64,000 bases of DNA from an uncultured Pirellulaceae bacterium (lineage in GTDB: Bacteria > Planctomycetota > Planctomycetia > Pirellulales > Pirellulaceae): assembly GCA_964352885.1 (NCBI GenBank), contig CAYGUE010000006.1, positions 5,916 to 69,915 on the forward strand. The letters run 5' to 3'. The position numbers and the translations under genes were made by a program. The notes beneath the pieces were generated by a model that worked only from the letters and a program-made list of their open reading frames with translations, was not told where the DNA came from and ran no database searches. This document shows, one piece after another, positions 48,930 to 58,788 of the stretch. Every line of letters begins with the position of its first letter. The stretch's first letter is position 1.

Positions 48930-51092
48930 ATGAGCAGCGGACTTACATCTCAAGACCCCAATTTTGGGTTCATGCAACGCAGCGAAACGTGGCTCTCGGC
49001 TACGTTTCTGCTGACGCTTGTCGTCTTGATCATTCCGCTCCCCACCATGTTGCTTGACATGTTCTTGGCTTGCAATATCGCCGCTGCAGTGATGTTGTTA
49101 CTGATCACGCTGGGAGCCAAACGTCCTCTGGACGTGTCTGTGTTCCCGTCGATGCTGTTGCTGCTGACGCTTTTTCGATTGTCGCTCAACGTCGCAACGA
49201 CGCGTTTGATTCTGCTCGACGGCGACGCCGGAAAGATCGTAACAACCTTCGGCGATTTCGTTGTTGGTGGAAAACTGATCGTGGGAGTCGTGATTTTCTT
49301 GATTCTTGTGACGATTCAGTTCATCGTTATCACCAAAGGTGCCACTCGAATCTCGGAGGTCAACGCGAGATTCACGCTCGATGCGATGCCGGGCAAGCAA
49401 ATGGCAATCGATGCTGAGCTCAACGCAGGAGCGATCAGTGAAGTAGAGGCAAAAGAGCGCCGAACGACATTGACGCGTGAAGCAGAGTTTTACGGTGCGA
49501 TGGACGGTGCTAGTAAATACGTCCGTGGCGACGCGATTGCGGGGTTGGTCATCATGGTCGTCAACATCCTTGGCGGCGTGATGCTGGGGATGGCTGACGG
49601 ACAGGCGATGCTAGACGCGTTGCAGGTTTACTCAATCCTGACCATCGGTGATGGCCTTGTTTCTCAGATCCCGGCTCTCATCATCGCAACGAGCGCCGGT
49701 ATTCTCGTAACAAAATCTGCATCGGATTCCAGCCTTGGCGACGAAATCAACGCGCAGATCAAAAGTGGACACCAGTCGCTGTTCATTGGTTCCTTCATCA
49801 TGTTTCTGATGGCGTTTACGCCCGGCTTTCCGAAACTCCCGTTCATTGCGATCGGCGGTGCGATCCTGATTTTTGTAGCGCGGACCAAACGGCAAGAGGA
49901 AACCGAAAAACAGGACAAGTTAAAAGCCGAGCAGAAGCAATCTGAAGAAGGTCTGCCAGCCGAGTCGCTGGAGCAGCAAAGTATGGATCAGTTTCTTCAA
50001 AATGACCGTATCGTTATCGAAATCGGCGCTGGCTTGATCCCACTGATTGAACCCGAAAAAGGAAATGGAATCGCGGCAAGGATCGCCAAGATGCGAGAAG
50101 ACGCTGCGAAGGAACATGGTTTCTGGATTCCACAAGCGAGGATTCGAGATAATCTGCAAATCAACGTTTCTGAATATCGAATTCTGATATCTGGAAGAGA
50201 AGTTGCTCGTGGTGAGTTGATCGTTGATCAGTTCCTCGCCATCAATCCGGGCTCAGTCACCGTTGATATTGAAGGGATCGATACGCGAGACCCGGCATTT
50301 GACCTTCCAGCCAAATGGATCGGCGAAGGCAGCCGCCGGCGGGCCGAAATGGTTGGTTTCACTGTTGTTGATGCACCGACGGTTTTGATCACACATCTCG
50401 GTGAGTGTCTACGTGCTCATGCTCATGAACTGTTGAGCCGCGAGGACTTACAGAGGATGCTGGACAAGCTAAAAGAAATTGCGCCGACGACCGTCGAAGA
50501 ACTGAAACCCGATACGGTTCGCCCCGCTGTACTTCACCAAGTCCTCGTTCGCCTGCTGTCCGAAGGGATTCCGATTACATCCCTTCAGAAAATTGTCGAG
50601 TCGGCAATTCATCATGGGCCTCAGAACAAGGATCTGTTGCAGCTCACTGAGAAAATACGAAGCAGTATTGGCCATTTGATTTGTGATCGTTTCCGGGATT
50701 CCGATGGACGAGTTCGTGTCATCATTCTGGAGCCTCGACTGGAACATCAGTTTCGCCAGCTCAACCAAAACAATTCGATCGTGCTTCAGCCACAAGATCT
50801 TGAGCGACTTGTTCAGAGCCTGCAAACCAAATGGGAAACGTCAAAGATCAAGGACGAACCAGCAGCAGTGCTGGTTGATTCTTCGATCCGCTACGCGTTG
50901 CGTCAAACAATATTCCGCTCACTTCCGGATCTTTCCGTCATTGCATACAGCGAAATTCCAAGCGGCATGCTGATCGAATCAGTGAATATTATTCGCTACG
51001 GAGAGGTCCTAGACGGCAACGAAATGGAGCCCGACCTTTCGTTCCTCTCGCAAGGGAATGAAGAGATTACGACCCCGGAGCCTAGTCAATGA
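48930..51092 (+). CDS. flhA: Export protein FlhA
   Basis: RLSLNVATTRLIL, ARFTLDAMPGKQMAIDAEL, FYGAMDGASKYVRGD. Confidence 0.97.
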   Translation: MSSGLTSQDPNFGFMQRSETWLSATFLLTLVVLIIPLPTMLLDMFLACNIAAAVMLLLITLGAKRPLDVSVFPSMLLLLTLFRLSLNVATTRLILLDGDAGKIVTTFGDFVVGGKLIVGVVIFLILVTIQFIVITKGATRISEVNARFTLDAMPGKQMAIDAELNAGAISEVEAKERRTTLTREAEFYGAMDGASKYVRGDAIAGLVIMVVNILGGVMLGMADGQAMLDALQVYSILTIGDGLVSQIPALIIATSAGILVTKSASDSSLGDEINAQIKSGHQSLFIGSFIMFLMAFTPGFPKLPFIAIGGAILIFVARTKRQEETEKQDKLKAEQKQSEEGLPAESLEQQSMDQFLQNDRIVIEIGAGLIPLIEPEKGNGIAARIAKMREDAAKEHGFWIPQARIRDNLQINVSEYRILISGREVARGELIVDQFLAINPGSVTVDIEGIDTRDPAFDLPAKWIGEGSRRRAEMVGFTVVDAPTVLITHLGECLRAHAHELLSREDLQRMLDKLKEIAPTTVEELKPDTVRPAVLHQVLVRLLSEGIPITSLQKIVESAIHHGPQNKDLLQLTEKIRSSIGHLICDRFRDSDGRVRVIILEPRLEHQFRQLNQNNSIVLQPQDLERLVQSLQTKWETSKIKDEPAAVLVDSSIRYALRQTIFRSLPDLSVIAYSEIPSGMLIESVNIIRYGEVLDGNEMEPDLSFLSQGNEEITTPEPSQ

Positions 51093-51328
51093 ATCAACTA
51101 CTTGACCAACGAAGAGAACGCCATCGGCGAAAGCAAAAACAACGACCGCTGGGCCTGTTGACGGCGATGTTCACGGCCTGCGTTGTGACGCTAATCGGAG
51201 TCTTCTCCGATGTGGAGCCTTTCGCCGTACTGCTACGTGCGTCGATATCAGCCGTTCTGATAGGCTCACTTGTCGGTCTTGGCATGGGAGTTGTCAGAAC
51301 GGCAAATATTAGATCTGACCAAACATAA
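51089..51328 (+). CDS. Small two-TM membrane protein
   Basis: ATGA overlap with the flhA stop; basic N-terminus and two hydrophobic segments. Confidence 0.65.
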   Translation: MNQLLDQRRERHRRKQKQRPLGLLTAMFTACVVTLIGVFSDVEPFAVLLRASISAVLIGSLVGLGMGVVRTANIRSDQT

Positions 51329-51410
51329 GCATCTACCTTTATCCACTGTTTCAACCTGATTCGGAATCAGCGAGGGCAGCGGAGAAACTAATCACTCACC
51401 CAGATCGTCC

Positions 51411-52121
51411 ATGAATTCAGGAACCAAAGTCTATAAACGCTCTGCTACAGGCGCTGATCGAGAACGCCTGATTCTTGAGAATATTGACTACGTAGGCAAG
51501 ATTCTTAGCACCATGTCTGTCGCGACTAACGATCCGGACGAAAGGGAGAACCTCAAGTCTGCTGGGATGGTTGGGCTGATTGAATCGGCGAACAGTTTTG
51601 ATAACACGCAAGGCATTCAATTCCGCACATTTGCGTTCCCTCGTATTCGTGGAGCTATCATCGATGAGCTACGCAAACTTGCGCCAGTCTCACAACTGAT
51701 GCTGCAACAAATCGGATTGATTAAAAAGGCTTACCAGCAGCTCGAGTCTCCGGTTTCGCCGGAGGTGCTTGCCAAGAAAACAAAACTGACGCTGGATCAA
51801 GTCCGGGCCTCGTTGGAAGCAATGCGATTTCTGGAACCAGAAGACTGGAACGACCTTTCAAGCGTCGTTCACCAGAGCTGGAAAGCGACAGAATCCGCAC
51901 CAGAAGGGCGAATAGAAAAACAGGAAATGAGACAGCTACTGGCCAATTCAATTCAGCAACTTCCTGAAAAGGAACGGCTTGTTGTAACGCTTTATTACAC
52001 CGAAGAGCTAAATCTTACGGAGATTGGGGCGGTCTTGTCGTTGTCAGAATCGCGGGTCTCTCGCATCCTTGCTGCTGCCAGATTCAGGCTCAAAGAACTC
52101 ATTTTGGCTCGTCTTCAGTAA
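51411..52121 (+). CDS. fliA: Sigma-28 family factor FliA
   Basis: GMVGLIES..FD, FRTFAFPRIRGAIIDELR, LYYTEELNLTEIG..LSESRVSR. Confidence 0.93.
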   Translation: MNSGTKVYKRSATGADRERLILENIDYVGKILSTMSVATNDPDERENLKSAGMVGLIESANSFDNTQGIQFRTFAFPRIRGAIIDELRKLAPVSQLMLQQIGLIKKAYQQLESPVSPEVLAKKTKLTLDQVRASLEAMRFLEPEDWNDLSSVVHQSWKATESAPEGRIEKQEMRQLLANSIQQLPEKERLVVTLYYTEELNLTEIGAVLSLSESRVSRILAAARFRLKELILARLQ

Positions 52122-52183
52122 CGACCTGTCAAAGCAAAACCAATTCTCGGACCGCAGACAGCTTCCAATTTTGGAATCAATAA

Positions 52184-52402
52184 ATGATGAATCAACCAAC
52201 CCAAAACGATTGCTTTAGCGATACACGCATCGACGCGGTGGCGACGGTGAGATCAAGCGTTCGCGTTGGCCCTCGAGGCAACCATGATAAAGAAACCAAA
52301 ATCAAGTTGAACAAGAATGGAACAACCATTGAGTCCATTCATATCACATGCGCTTGCGGCGAAGAAATTGTCGTCAGGTGCGTGTATTCGGAAAACGCCT
52401 AA
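52184..52402 (+). CDS. Small Cys-motif protein
   Basis: 72 aa; IHITCACGEEIVVRCVY; stop overlaps the next start (TAATG). Confidence 0.6.
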   Translation: MMNQPTQNDCFSDTRIDAVATVRSSVRVGPRGNHDKETKIKLNKNGTTIESIHITCACGEEIVVRCVYSENA

Positions 52403-53595
52403 TGAACATCGAATCAAAACGAAACTCAAGCTGGATGGCAATCACCGCGTGTCGATTCGCGATTTGTGTGTGGCTCTGCTGCTTTGTTCTCTCAGGCGAT
52501 CTGCTCGCTCAAGAAAACTATGCTCGGCAAGAGCCACCTCGCAAGAAATCTGCGATGGAAAAACTATCTGAGCTCAATCAGAAACTGAAACAAAATTTAA
52601 AAGAGAACCTCTTTGGAAATGGCAGCACAATGCAGTCAGAACAAAACGGTCGCTTGGATAACGGTTCATACAGGCGGCCTTCGCAACAGCAGGCGAGGTT
52701 CCTGCCGGATGAATACCAGGCTCCGCGGCGATCAGATGATTACGGCAGCCCGCAACCCGACTCGCGGACGCTACCGAAAAATTCAAACCGGCTTGTATCT
52801 CAGGCGCAACATATGCAGGAAATTGAATACGATCACGCCCCGTCGCAATACAACGACTACCCCGAACTGCAATACAAAGATTCTGAACGTATGGATCCTC
52901 GCCTCATTCAGGTCCCGGAAAACAGGTTTCGCCAATCGGATCAGCAAATGGCTGATTTGGATCGCCGCGACCAAATTCGTGCCTCGCAGCAGTACGCCCC
53001 GATTCAGGATCGACGTCAGCAGCAAGCCGTCAACGGTTTCAATGCGCGACCCCCACTGGGGGAGCACTACGGCGCACGAAGTGGAATGCCCTATCCACCA
53101 ATGCAGATGCAGCAGAAGCCGGTTCAACAGCAGTATGTTGCCCAGTCGTACCAAGACCAGCAAGCTCCTGAATCAATGCCGCAGCAACCTTACAGGGAAC
53201 AGCCAAACGGCGAATTCCGATCCGGCCACTACAAAAACGGCAGGGGAGTAACCCAGCAACAATTCGATCATCAGGAAACTGCGACTCAACGAGCATTGAG
53301 ACTGCGGACAGAAAATCAAGCGTTGATGGACACTCGGCAATCCCTCACGGCAGAAAATAAGCGATTGAAAAACCAGCTCAGCGACAAGAATGCTTTGCTG
53401 CAGGAAATTGAATCCGCAATCATAGCCGCGCGGACCGAACTCCAGAATGCCAACGAAAACAACGCATCACTGAGCCAACAAATCGCGAATCTTGAGGCCG
53501 AGAATGCTCAACAGAGACTTTTATCCACGCGACAATTAAATGCGATTCGAAAGAAGCTTGACGATGTCTTAATGTTGGAGATGACCAGCAAGTGA
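52402..53595 (+). CDS. Exported Gln/Pro-rich protein with C-terminal coiled coil
   Basis: Signal-like N-terminus, low-complexity middle, long heptad region; coupled to both neighbours. Confidence 0.65.
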   Translation: MNIESKRNSSWMAITACRFAICVWLCCFVLSGDLLAQENYARQEPPRKKSAMEKLSELNQKLKQNLKENLFGNGSTMQSEQNGRLDNGSYRRPSQQQARFLPDEYQAPRRSDDYGSPQPDSRTLPKNSNRLVSQAQHMQEIEYDHAPSQYNDYPELQYKDSERMDPRLIQVPENRFRQSDQQMADLDRRDQIRASQQYAPIQDRRQQQAVNGFNARPPLGEHYGARSGMPYPPMQMQQKPVQQQYVAQSYQDQQAPESMPQQPYREQPNGEFRSGHYKNGRGVTQQQFDHQETATQRALRLRTENQALMDTRQSLTAENKRLKNQLSDKNALLQEIESAIIAARTELQNANENNASLSQQIANLEAENAQQRLLSTRQLNAIRKKLDDVLMLEMTSK

Positions 53596-54311
53596 GCCTT
53601 CCCGGGCCAAAGTGTTTGGATCAAGTTATGAACGATATTTCGCCACGTACTTCGATTGCTTTTCTGCTTCTCGTAATATTATCCGCCGCTTCACTAAGCG
53701 GATTGGCAGGATGTCACTTTAGGCAATCGCGACAAACACCTGTTTGCACAACAGTCCCGCTGGAGTGTCAATATAGCACGCCGGCGAATGTCCTAGTGTC
53801 GCAGTACTATGATCAACTCAAACCACACCGGGTCGTTATTGCGACTCCCGCAAGCGAGAATCATTTATTGCCGGAGCAAAAAAAGTTTGCTCTTGCTTTA
53901 GCCAATTCGCTGCGTCAAGTTGGATTCTCGGACGCGGTCGTGTCACCTTCATGCGCCTGTGATACGCAGGCAATTCGCAAAGGGAAATTCGATCTACAAC
54001 AGTTGGTTGATCTTTCCAATGAATACTCTGCGGATGCCGTTTTATACTGCGACGTCGTTTCCTTTTCAGCCTATTCGCCATTGCAGGTGTCTGTCTCGAT
54101 GACGCTGGTGGACGCTGGTGAATCAATCGCGATCATGGCGATCGATGGCAATTGGGATCTTCGTGATCTCCAAACTCAAAATTCCTACTTAAACTATCTT
54201 TCCAGCAACCCGTTAGATAGTGAGTTCCAAAGCGGAGTCAGGTTCCAATCGCCGACTGAGTTTCTGAACTTCGTCGCCGTGGATGCTGCGAAGTTTATGA
54301 GAGACCAATAG
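53592..54311 (+). CDS. Putative lipoprotein, possibly CsgG/FlgO/LpoB-like alpha/beta fold
   Basis: Lipobox LAG|C; ADAVLYCDV...VSMTLVDAGES pattern. Confidence 0.55.
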   Translation: MSLPGPKCLDQVMNDISPRTSIAFLLLVILSAASLSGLAGCHFRQSRQTPVCTTVPLECQYSTPANVLVSQYYDQLKPHRVVIATPASENHLLPEQKKFALALANSLRQVGFSDAVVSPSCACDTQAIRKGKFDLQQLVDLSNEYSADAVLYCDVVSFSAYSPLQVSVSMTLVDAGESIAIMAIDGNWDLRDLQTQNSYLNYLSSNPLDSEFQSGVRFQSPTEFLNFVAVDAAKFMRDQ

Positions 54312-54738
54312 CCGCACAGTATATTCAAGAACTGCCGAGGAATCCTTTCGCGGAAATGAGCATCGCTGCCGGCAAGAATTAATCGAAGCAATTGGCCTCA
54401 GTAGGGTTCTCCCCTTATTGATGCTGTAGCGAGTCAAATATGCATCAGAGTCATAGGCTTGCCCTATGTTTGGAAAACCCTAATACATGGTCTGTCTCCA
54501 ACGGTGGACTCTGCGTGGGCAAACGAAAAACTGCTCTGCCATGCCGCTCAACTAAAGCGGTCCAAGCATCACGTCGTGGTGCGACATGCAGATTGGAATT
54601 TCATCAAGGTTCCGTGTGCCATCCAAAATAGGTTGGCACCGACTTGGGTTTCAATTCATTGTGAGTTGAACGTTGTTGGAGTCTTCACTTCGTTTACTCC
54701 GTATTTTCAATCCATTCCGAAAAATATTTGTTGCAATC

Positions 54739-56235
54739 ATGAACACTAGTCTATCCAGAATTCTAAACCAAGAGTCGATTCCATCCCCTCCCACAGTCGC
54801 TGCTCAGATATTGGATCTCGTTTCTCAAAGCGAATCAACAATGGATGATTTGGCGCGAATTATTCGGACTGACCCCAAGTTGGCCGGGAAAATTATTGCT
54901 TATTGCAACTCCCCGATTGTCGGCAGTCGCAGGGAGATCGGCGATCTCTCACAGGCGGTTGTTATTCTTGGAATGAGAACCGTTCGACTGATATCGTTGT
55001 CTTTCTCATTGCTGGAAACACAGAATGATCTGGGATTTGACTATCAATCGTTTTGGCGTAGCTCACTTGCGACTGCGATTGCATCGCAACTTGTTGCCGA
55101 ATGTTCGAACAACAATCCCAGCGAGGCGTTTTTGCAGGGACTTCTATTGAATATTGGCGCAATTGGGTTAGCCAACACCTATCCCGACGAATACGCCCAA
55201 TTGATGTCCCAGAGTGGGACAATCGATCTCGAACGGGAGAACGAGATTTTCCGTGTGCATCGTTATACAGTCGGTGCCAAGTTGCTAGAGAAATGGTGTT
55301 TTCCGCAAGGCATGATTGACCAGCTCGATCAATTCGATCCAACTGAGCTAACGGAGACAACTCGTCCGTTTCGCTTGGCTCAGCTGCTTGCTGAACTGAT
55401 CATCAATGAAGACGTCTTGCCAATGCAAATTGACGTGGCAAGAGGATTGGCCAACGAATGGTTCAAGATCGACTCTGCTGGTTTTGCTGAGCTCTACGAG
55501 AAAATGTTGAGCCATTGGAAAAGCTATGAAGCACTATTCAAATTCGAAAGTGCTCCCTATGAATCAATCGACGATTTGGAGAATCGAGCAAAACAATATT
55601 TGGTCGAAACTGCCATCGGAATTGAGGTTGATCGCCAGAAAGCAACCGCTGAAGTCGAAGAGCTTGAGAAAGATATCACCAAGGATTCTTTGACGCAGTT
55701 AAAAAATCGTCGTGCCTATGATTCTGAAATCAACCGAGCATTTGATTTGCACCGACGGCAAGAACTATCGTTTGGGCTGTTGGTCATTGACATTGATCAT
55801 TTCAAATCAATGAATGACACCGATGGGCATGCTGCAGGAGATCAAGTCCTTCGACAAGTTGGCCTCATACTAAAAGAAAAATGCCGAATTTACGATACTG
55901 TGTATCGCTACGGTGGCGAAGAGTTCGTTGCCGTGATTGCCGACTGTTGCCCGGCGACGCTCGAGATGATAGCACAGCGTTTCCGAATTGCGGTCGAAGG
56001 ACTACGAATTCCATTTGAAGAGAAAACGCTAAAAGTCACGGTTAGCATTGGCGTTTGCTTGGCAGAGAGTGGTGAGATCGAATCGACCGACCAGTTGTTC
56101 AAATTTGCGGATGCTTGTCTATATCAGGCAAAAAAAAGCGGTCGCAATTGCTGTGTTACTCGGCCAACGAATCCAGTTTTGGGAGTAGCATTGCCGCTTG
56201 GCGACCAACCGTCTAACCCAAACACCGTTTGCTGA
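54739..56235 (+). CDS. HDOD-GGDEF diguanylate cyclase
   Basis: N-terminal HDOD (IPSPP, DPKLAGK..NSP); DSLTQLKNRR, DIDHFK, RYGGEEF with I-site RIYD; start moved to 54739. Confidence 0.92.
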   Translation: MNTSLSRILNQESIPSPPTVAAQILDLVSQSESTMDDLARIIRTDPKLAGKIIAYCNSPIVGSRREIGDLSQAVVILGMRTVRLISLSFSLLETQNDLGFDYQSFWRSSLATAIASQLVAECSNNNPSEAFLQGLLLNIGAIGLANTYPDEYAQLMSQSGTIDLERENEIFRVHRYTVGAKLLEKWCFPQGMIDQLDQFDPTELTETTRPFRLAQLLAELIINEDVLPMQIDVARGLANEWFKIDSAGFAELYEKMLSHWKSYEALFKFESAPYESIDDLENRAKQYLVETAIGIEVDRQKATAEVEELEKDITKDSLTQLKNRRAYDSEINRAFDLHRRQELSFGLLVIDIDHFKSMNDTDGHAAGDQVLRQVGLILKEKCRIYDTVYRYGGEEFVAVIADCCPATLEMIAQRFRIAVEGLRIPFEEKTLKVTVSIGVCLAESGEIESTDQLFKFADACLYQAKKSGRNCCVTRPTNPVLGVALPLGDQPSNPNTVC

Positions 56236-56727
56236 TTGGGACGCGGTCACCAGGATGATCGCTGATCGAGGTCAGTCTTATCGCTGTCAGTTTTGATGAG
56301 GCGTCTATCGAAGTTGCCAGCGATCGCTGCGTTGATCCACGTAGTGGTTTCGGATGAAGTTGAGTCGATGGGTTCGCGAGCATTCGCTGGCCGCGCACAT
56401 TTTGACATTTCGACAATTAACCATTTCGCAATTTCGCAATTAACCAACTCATAACTCAACCGTTTTATGCGTCGAGCTAAAAAGGACCGTTTTTTGGCAT
56501 TGATGATGTTCACTTTCGAGCGCTCTGCTCGACGCCACGCGAAATGAAATTAGCTTTTTTAGACAACGCATCGTCGATCACGAGCCCATAATTAGTGGCA
56601 TTATCCGTGAATTGTTGGCATTCGGCATTCGTCCATCCATGGGAAAAAGACGACGACGAAATTCCAAAAACATCGTTGCCAGTTAGGTATGGAGAATCGA
56701 TCAGGAGGCAGCTGATCCGGAATTGCC

Positions 56728-56781
56728 GATTCAAAATCAAGTGTCCGCATGGACGTGGCGGTTCGAGTCCTCTCGCCGCTA
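56728..56781 (+). pseudogene. 3' half of tRNA-Leu(CAA); att-site remnant or decayed tRNA
   Basis: GA-TTCAAAA-TCAAG anticodon loop, long variable arm GTCC-GCAT-GGAC, GGTTCGAGTCC T-arm (one stem mismatch), acceptor strand CGCCGCT-A; no intact D-arm or 5' acceptor strand. Confidence 0.75.
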
Positions 56782-57020
56782 TTTCTTTTTGGACCAGCGC
56801 TTGATCTGGCGGAGCGACCTTTTCTGGCCAATCTGGTGACCAGTCCGCCATCGGGCAATTCTGGCCAGGGGAACATCACCTTACGCAACGTTGGAAGGGC
56901 CAAGGCTCGGATAGGTTCTTTGACCCTGCGTGTTACCAGCAATTCCCTCACTCCAAATTCGTCCCTGATCGCGACTTGGTTTGTCGTTTTCCCTGATGTC
57001 GCGTTTTTCAGTCTATCCAA

Positions 57021-57680
57021 ATGTCGTTTGCCGCCCAATATTCACACATGGATTCAGTAGCGTTATTGATGATCGGATTTCTCGTTGTTGCCGTCGCTAC
57101 GATCGTGGTGTTGCTGATTTGGCTTTTTGTTGCGTCGCTGTGGAAATACGGCCAGGAATCCGTTGACCTTAGCTCGAACGAACCGGCTGTTGCCAAATCA
57201 ACAGCCTCGCGACTTCACCTGGTTGTACGAACGACACTGCTTTTGATTGGCATTCTGGTCGGCACAGTGGCCGGAGTGTCATCCTTCGTTTCGATTCGGG
57301 AGCTAATGGGTGCTGAGCGGCCAATTTGGGCATCGTTCACACAAACCAGCGGCCGAGAGCTGATGGTCAACCTTGTTCTGTACCTGGGCATTCCTCATTT
57401 GTTGGCCGCATTGGTTTCCGTTGTTTCAGAAAGTGGACTGAAGTTCGCACCCTTAACCCCGTTGGCGTGTGGGGTAGTATCTGGAACTGTTTGCGGATCA
57501 TTGTTTTCGCTCCTCATTTGGACGGGCGTCACAAATAACATGCAAGGATTGAATCCAGTTGTCTTTGCGGGCTTTGCAGTCGCTGCATTAGCGGGTGCCT
57601 TGATAAACAAGTTCGGTTGCGTTCTTGCATCAGGTATTTTGCATCGCAACTGCGATAAAACTGGGGAATCCGGTCGTTGA
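57021..57680 (+). CDS. Hypothetical multi-pass membrane protein
   Basis: 219 aa with about 5 hydrophobic segments. Confidence 0.6.
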   Translation: MSFAAQYSHMDSVALLMIGFLVVAVATIVVLLIWLFVASLWKYGQESVDLSSNEPAVAKSTASRLHLVVRTTLLLIGILVGTVAGVSSFVSIRELMGAERPIWASFTQTSGRELMVNLVLYLGIPHLLAALVSVVSESGLKFAPLTPLACGVVSGTVCGSLFSLLIWTGVTNNMQGLNPVVFAGFAVAALAGALINKFGCVLASGILHRNCDKTGESGR

Positions 57681-57869
57681 ATTGTCATCATCCAAAACTG
57701 AACATCACGGAGACCATGGTTTGCTGGTCACGATGATGATCGTCGTGCAACAAGCCTGTTTCAAAAACTCGTCAGTCTCCAGAGGTTTTTGGCGGCGCCA
57801 AGAATCGACCGTTTTTCGAATAGCCTTACCCTCGCGATCATCTTCGCTCTTTGGCAACAGGCGATGGCG

Positions 57870-57940
57870 TTGGAATAATTTCAATTACTCAGAGTCACTC
57901 GCTTCGTTTAGGGCGGTGACGTAAAGACCTCCCGTTAGGC
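57870..57940 (+). mobile_element. attC-like site (degenerate)
   Basis: Imperfect palindrome TTAC..GTCAC/GTGAC.GTAA ending in core site GTTAGGC; right arm nearly identical to that at 58483-58506. Confidence 0.5.
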
Positions 57941-57948
57941 GACCTCGA

Positions 57949-58365
57949 TTGACCGAGATTCCAGACCTGCCGATAGAACGCAAGGCATCATATTCGATAC
58001 GTACGCTTTTCTTTGCAACGTCACTGATCGCGTGGATTCTGGGCGTCAACAATTGGCTGGGCGCTCCATACGGCTGGCTAACCGCGATTCCGCTGACCTT
58101 CGGATTGCCAATTTTCATCCTGCGACCATGGACGCTCGCAGGAGGACTCGTTGGCTTCGTTCTGTTCGCGCTAATCGGCGAACTTGCCCTCATAGGATGG
58201 GATAAATCGACTCCGCAATACTTGCCGAGCGTTGTCACAGTTGGCGCCTATGGCCTTACCTGCGGTAGTTCAGTCCATGCCTTCTTTCTTCGGCTTCGGC
58301 TTTTAAGTTGTCTTGTATGCGTTGCCGCATTGGTCGCATTTGTGTTCGCGTTCCTCCTAAACTGA
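57949..58365 (+). CDS. Hypothetical membrane protein (cassette-like)
   Basis: 138 aa; YSIRTLF motif common in planctomycete small membrane proteins; flanked by attC-like sites. Confidence 0.6.
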   Translation: MTEIPDLPIERKASYSIRTLFFATSLIAWILGVNNWLGAPYGWLTAIPLTFGLPIFILRPWTLAGGLVGFVLFALIGELALIGWDKSTPQYLPSVVTVGAYGLTCGSSVHAFFLRLRLLSCLVCVAALVAFVFAFLLN

Positions 58366-58371
58366 ACGGTC

Positions 58372-58509
58372 ACACAACATAGATTTTACGCAGAGGCCCT
58401 TCGGGCACACCTTCGCTGTTTGTTCAAACCCCGATGGGGTGGTAAATTGCACTCTTATTCAGGCCGTTTCCTGATGTCGGAACGGTGTCGTAAAAACCTT
58501 CCGTTATCC
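58372..58509 (+). mobile_element. attC-like site
   Basis: 138 bp: ACACAAC..TTTTACG ... CGTAAAA..GTTATCC, directly after the 58365 stop. Confidence 0.55.
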
Positions 58510-58523
58510 GCCAGAGACTCAAG

Positions 58524-58718
58524 GTGAATCGCCAGTATCAGGATCGCCATTTCACGTTAGACGATATCGCTGGCCGCAAATTGCTTCGTCTTTGCGCTGC
58601 GGTTGATCCCGACGCGCCGGATACCGACCTGCTGATTGTCTACGCCCGCATTGATTCACGCGAGAGTGGCATCGACGTGCTTCACTATCGGCAACATGGA
58701 ACGGCGGCCCGGCGTTGA
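58524..58718 (+). CDS. Short hypothetical ORF (possible cassette remnant)
   Basis: Starts 15 bp after the attC-like core site; 64 aa. Confidence 0.35.
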   Translation: MNRQYQDRHFTLDDIAGRKLLRLCAAVDPDAPDTDLLIVYARIDSRESGIDVLHYRQHGTAARR

Positions 58719-58788
58719 ACGTTATCGAGTGTTAGCCACAGCTACAGCCCTTGCGTTGTTGTATGATTCTTCATGAAAAGGAGTCGCG

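Noticed and set aside
54515-54550. GGCAAAC as a c-di-GMP-I riboswitch
   Set aside because: No GNRA tetraloop stem or second GCAAA/receptor stem is visible
54634-54649. TGGCAC upstream of the diguanylate cyclase as a sigma-54 promoter
   Set aside because: The -12 position reads GG rather than the required GC; the same failure applies to TGGCAC at 47140
56690-56781. Intact or intron-split tRNA-Leu
   Set aside because: The anticodon stem and D-arm cannot be completed, the anticodon loop is uninterrupted, and no 5' exon or intron structure was seen
56247-57060. Short ORFs around the tRNA fragment as integrase remnants
   Set aside because: No tyrosine or serine recombinase motifs are recognisable
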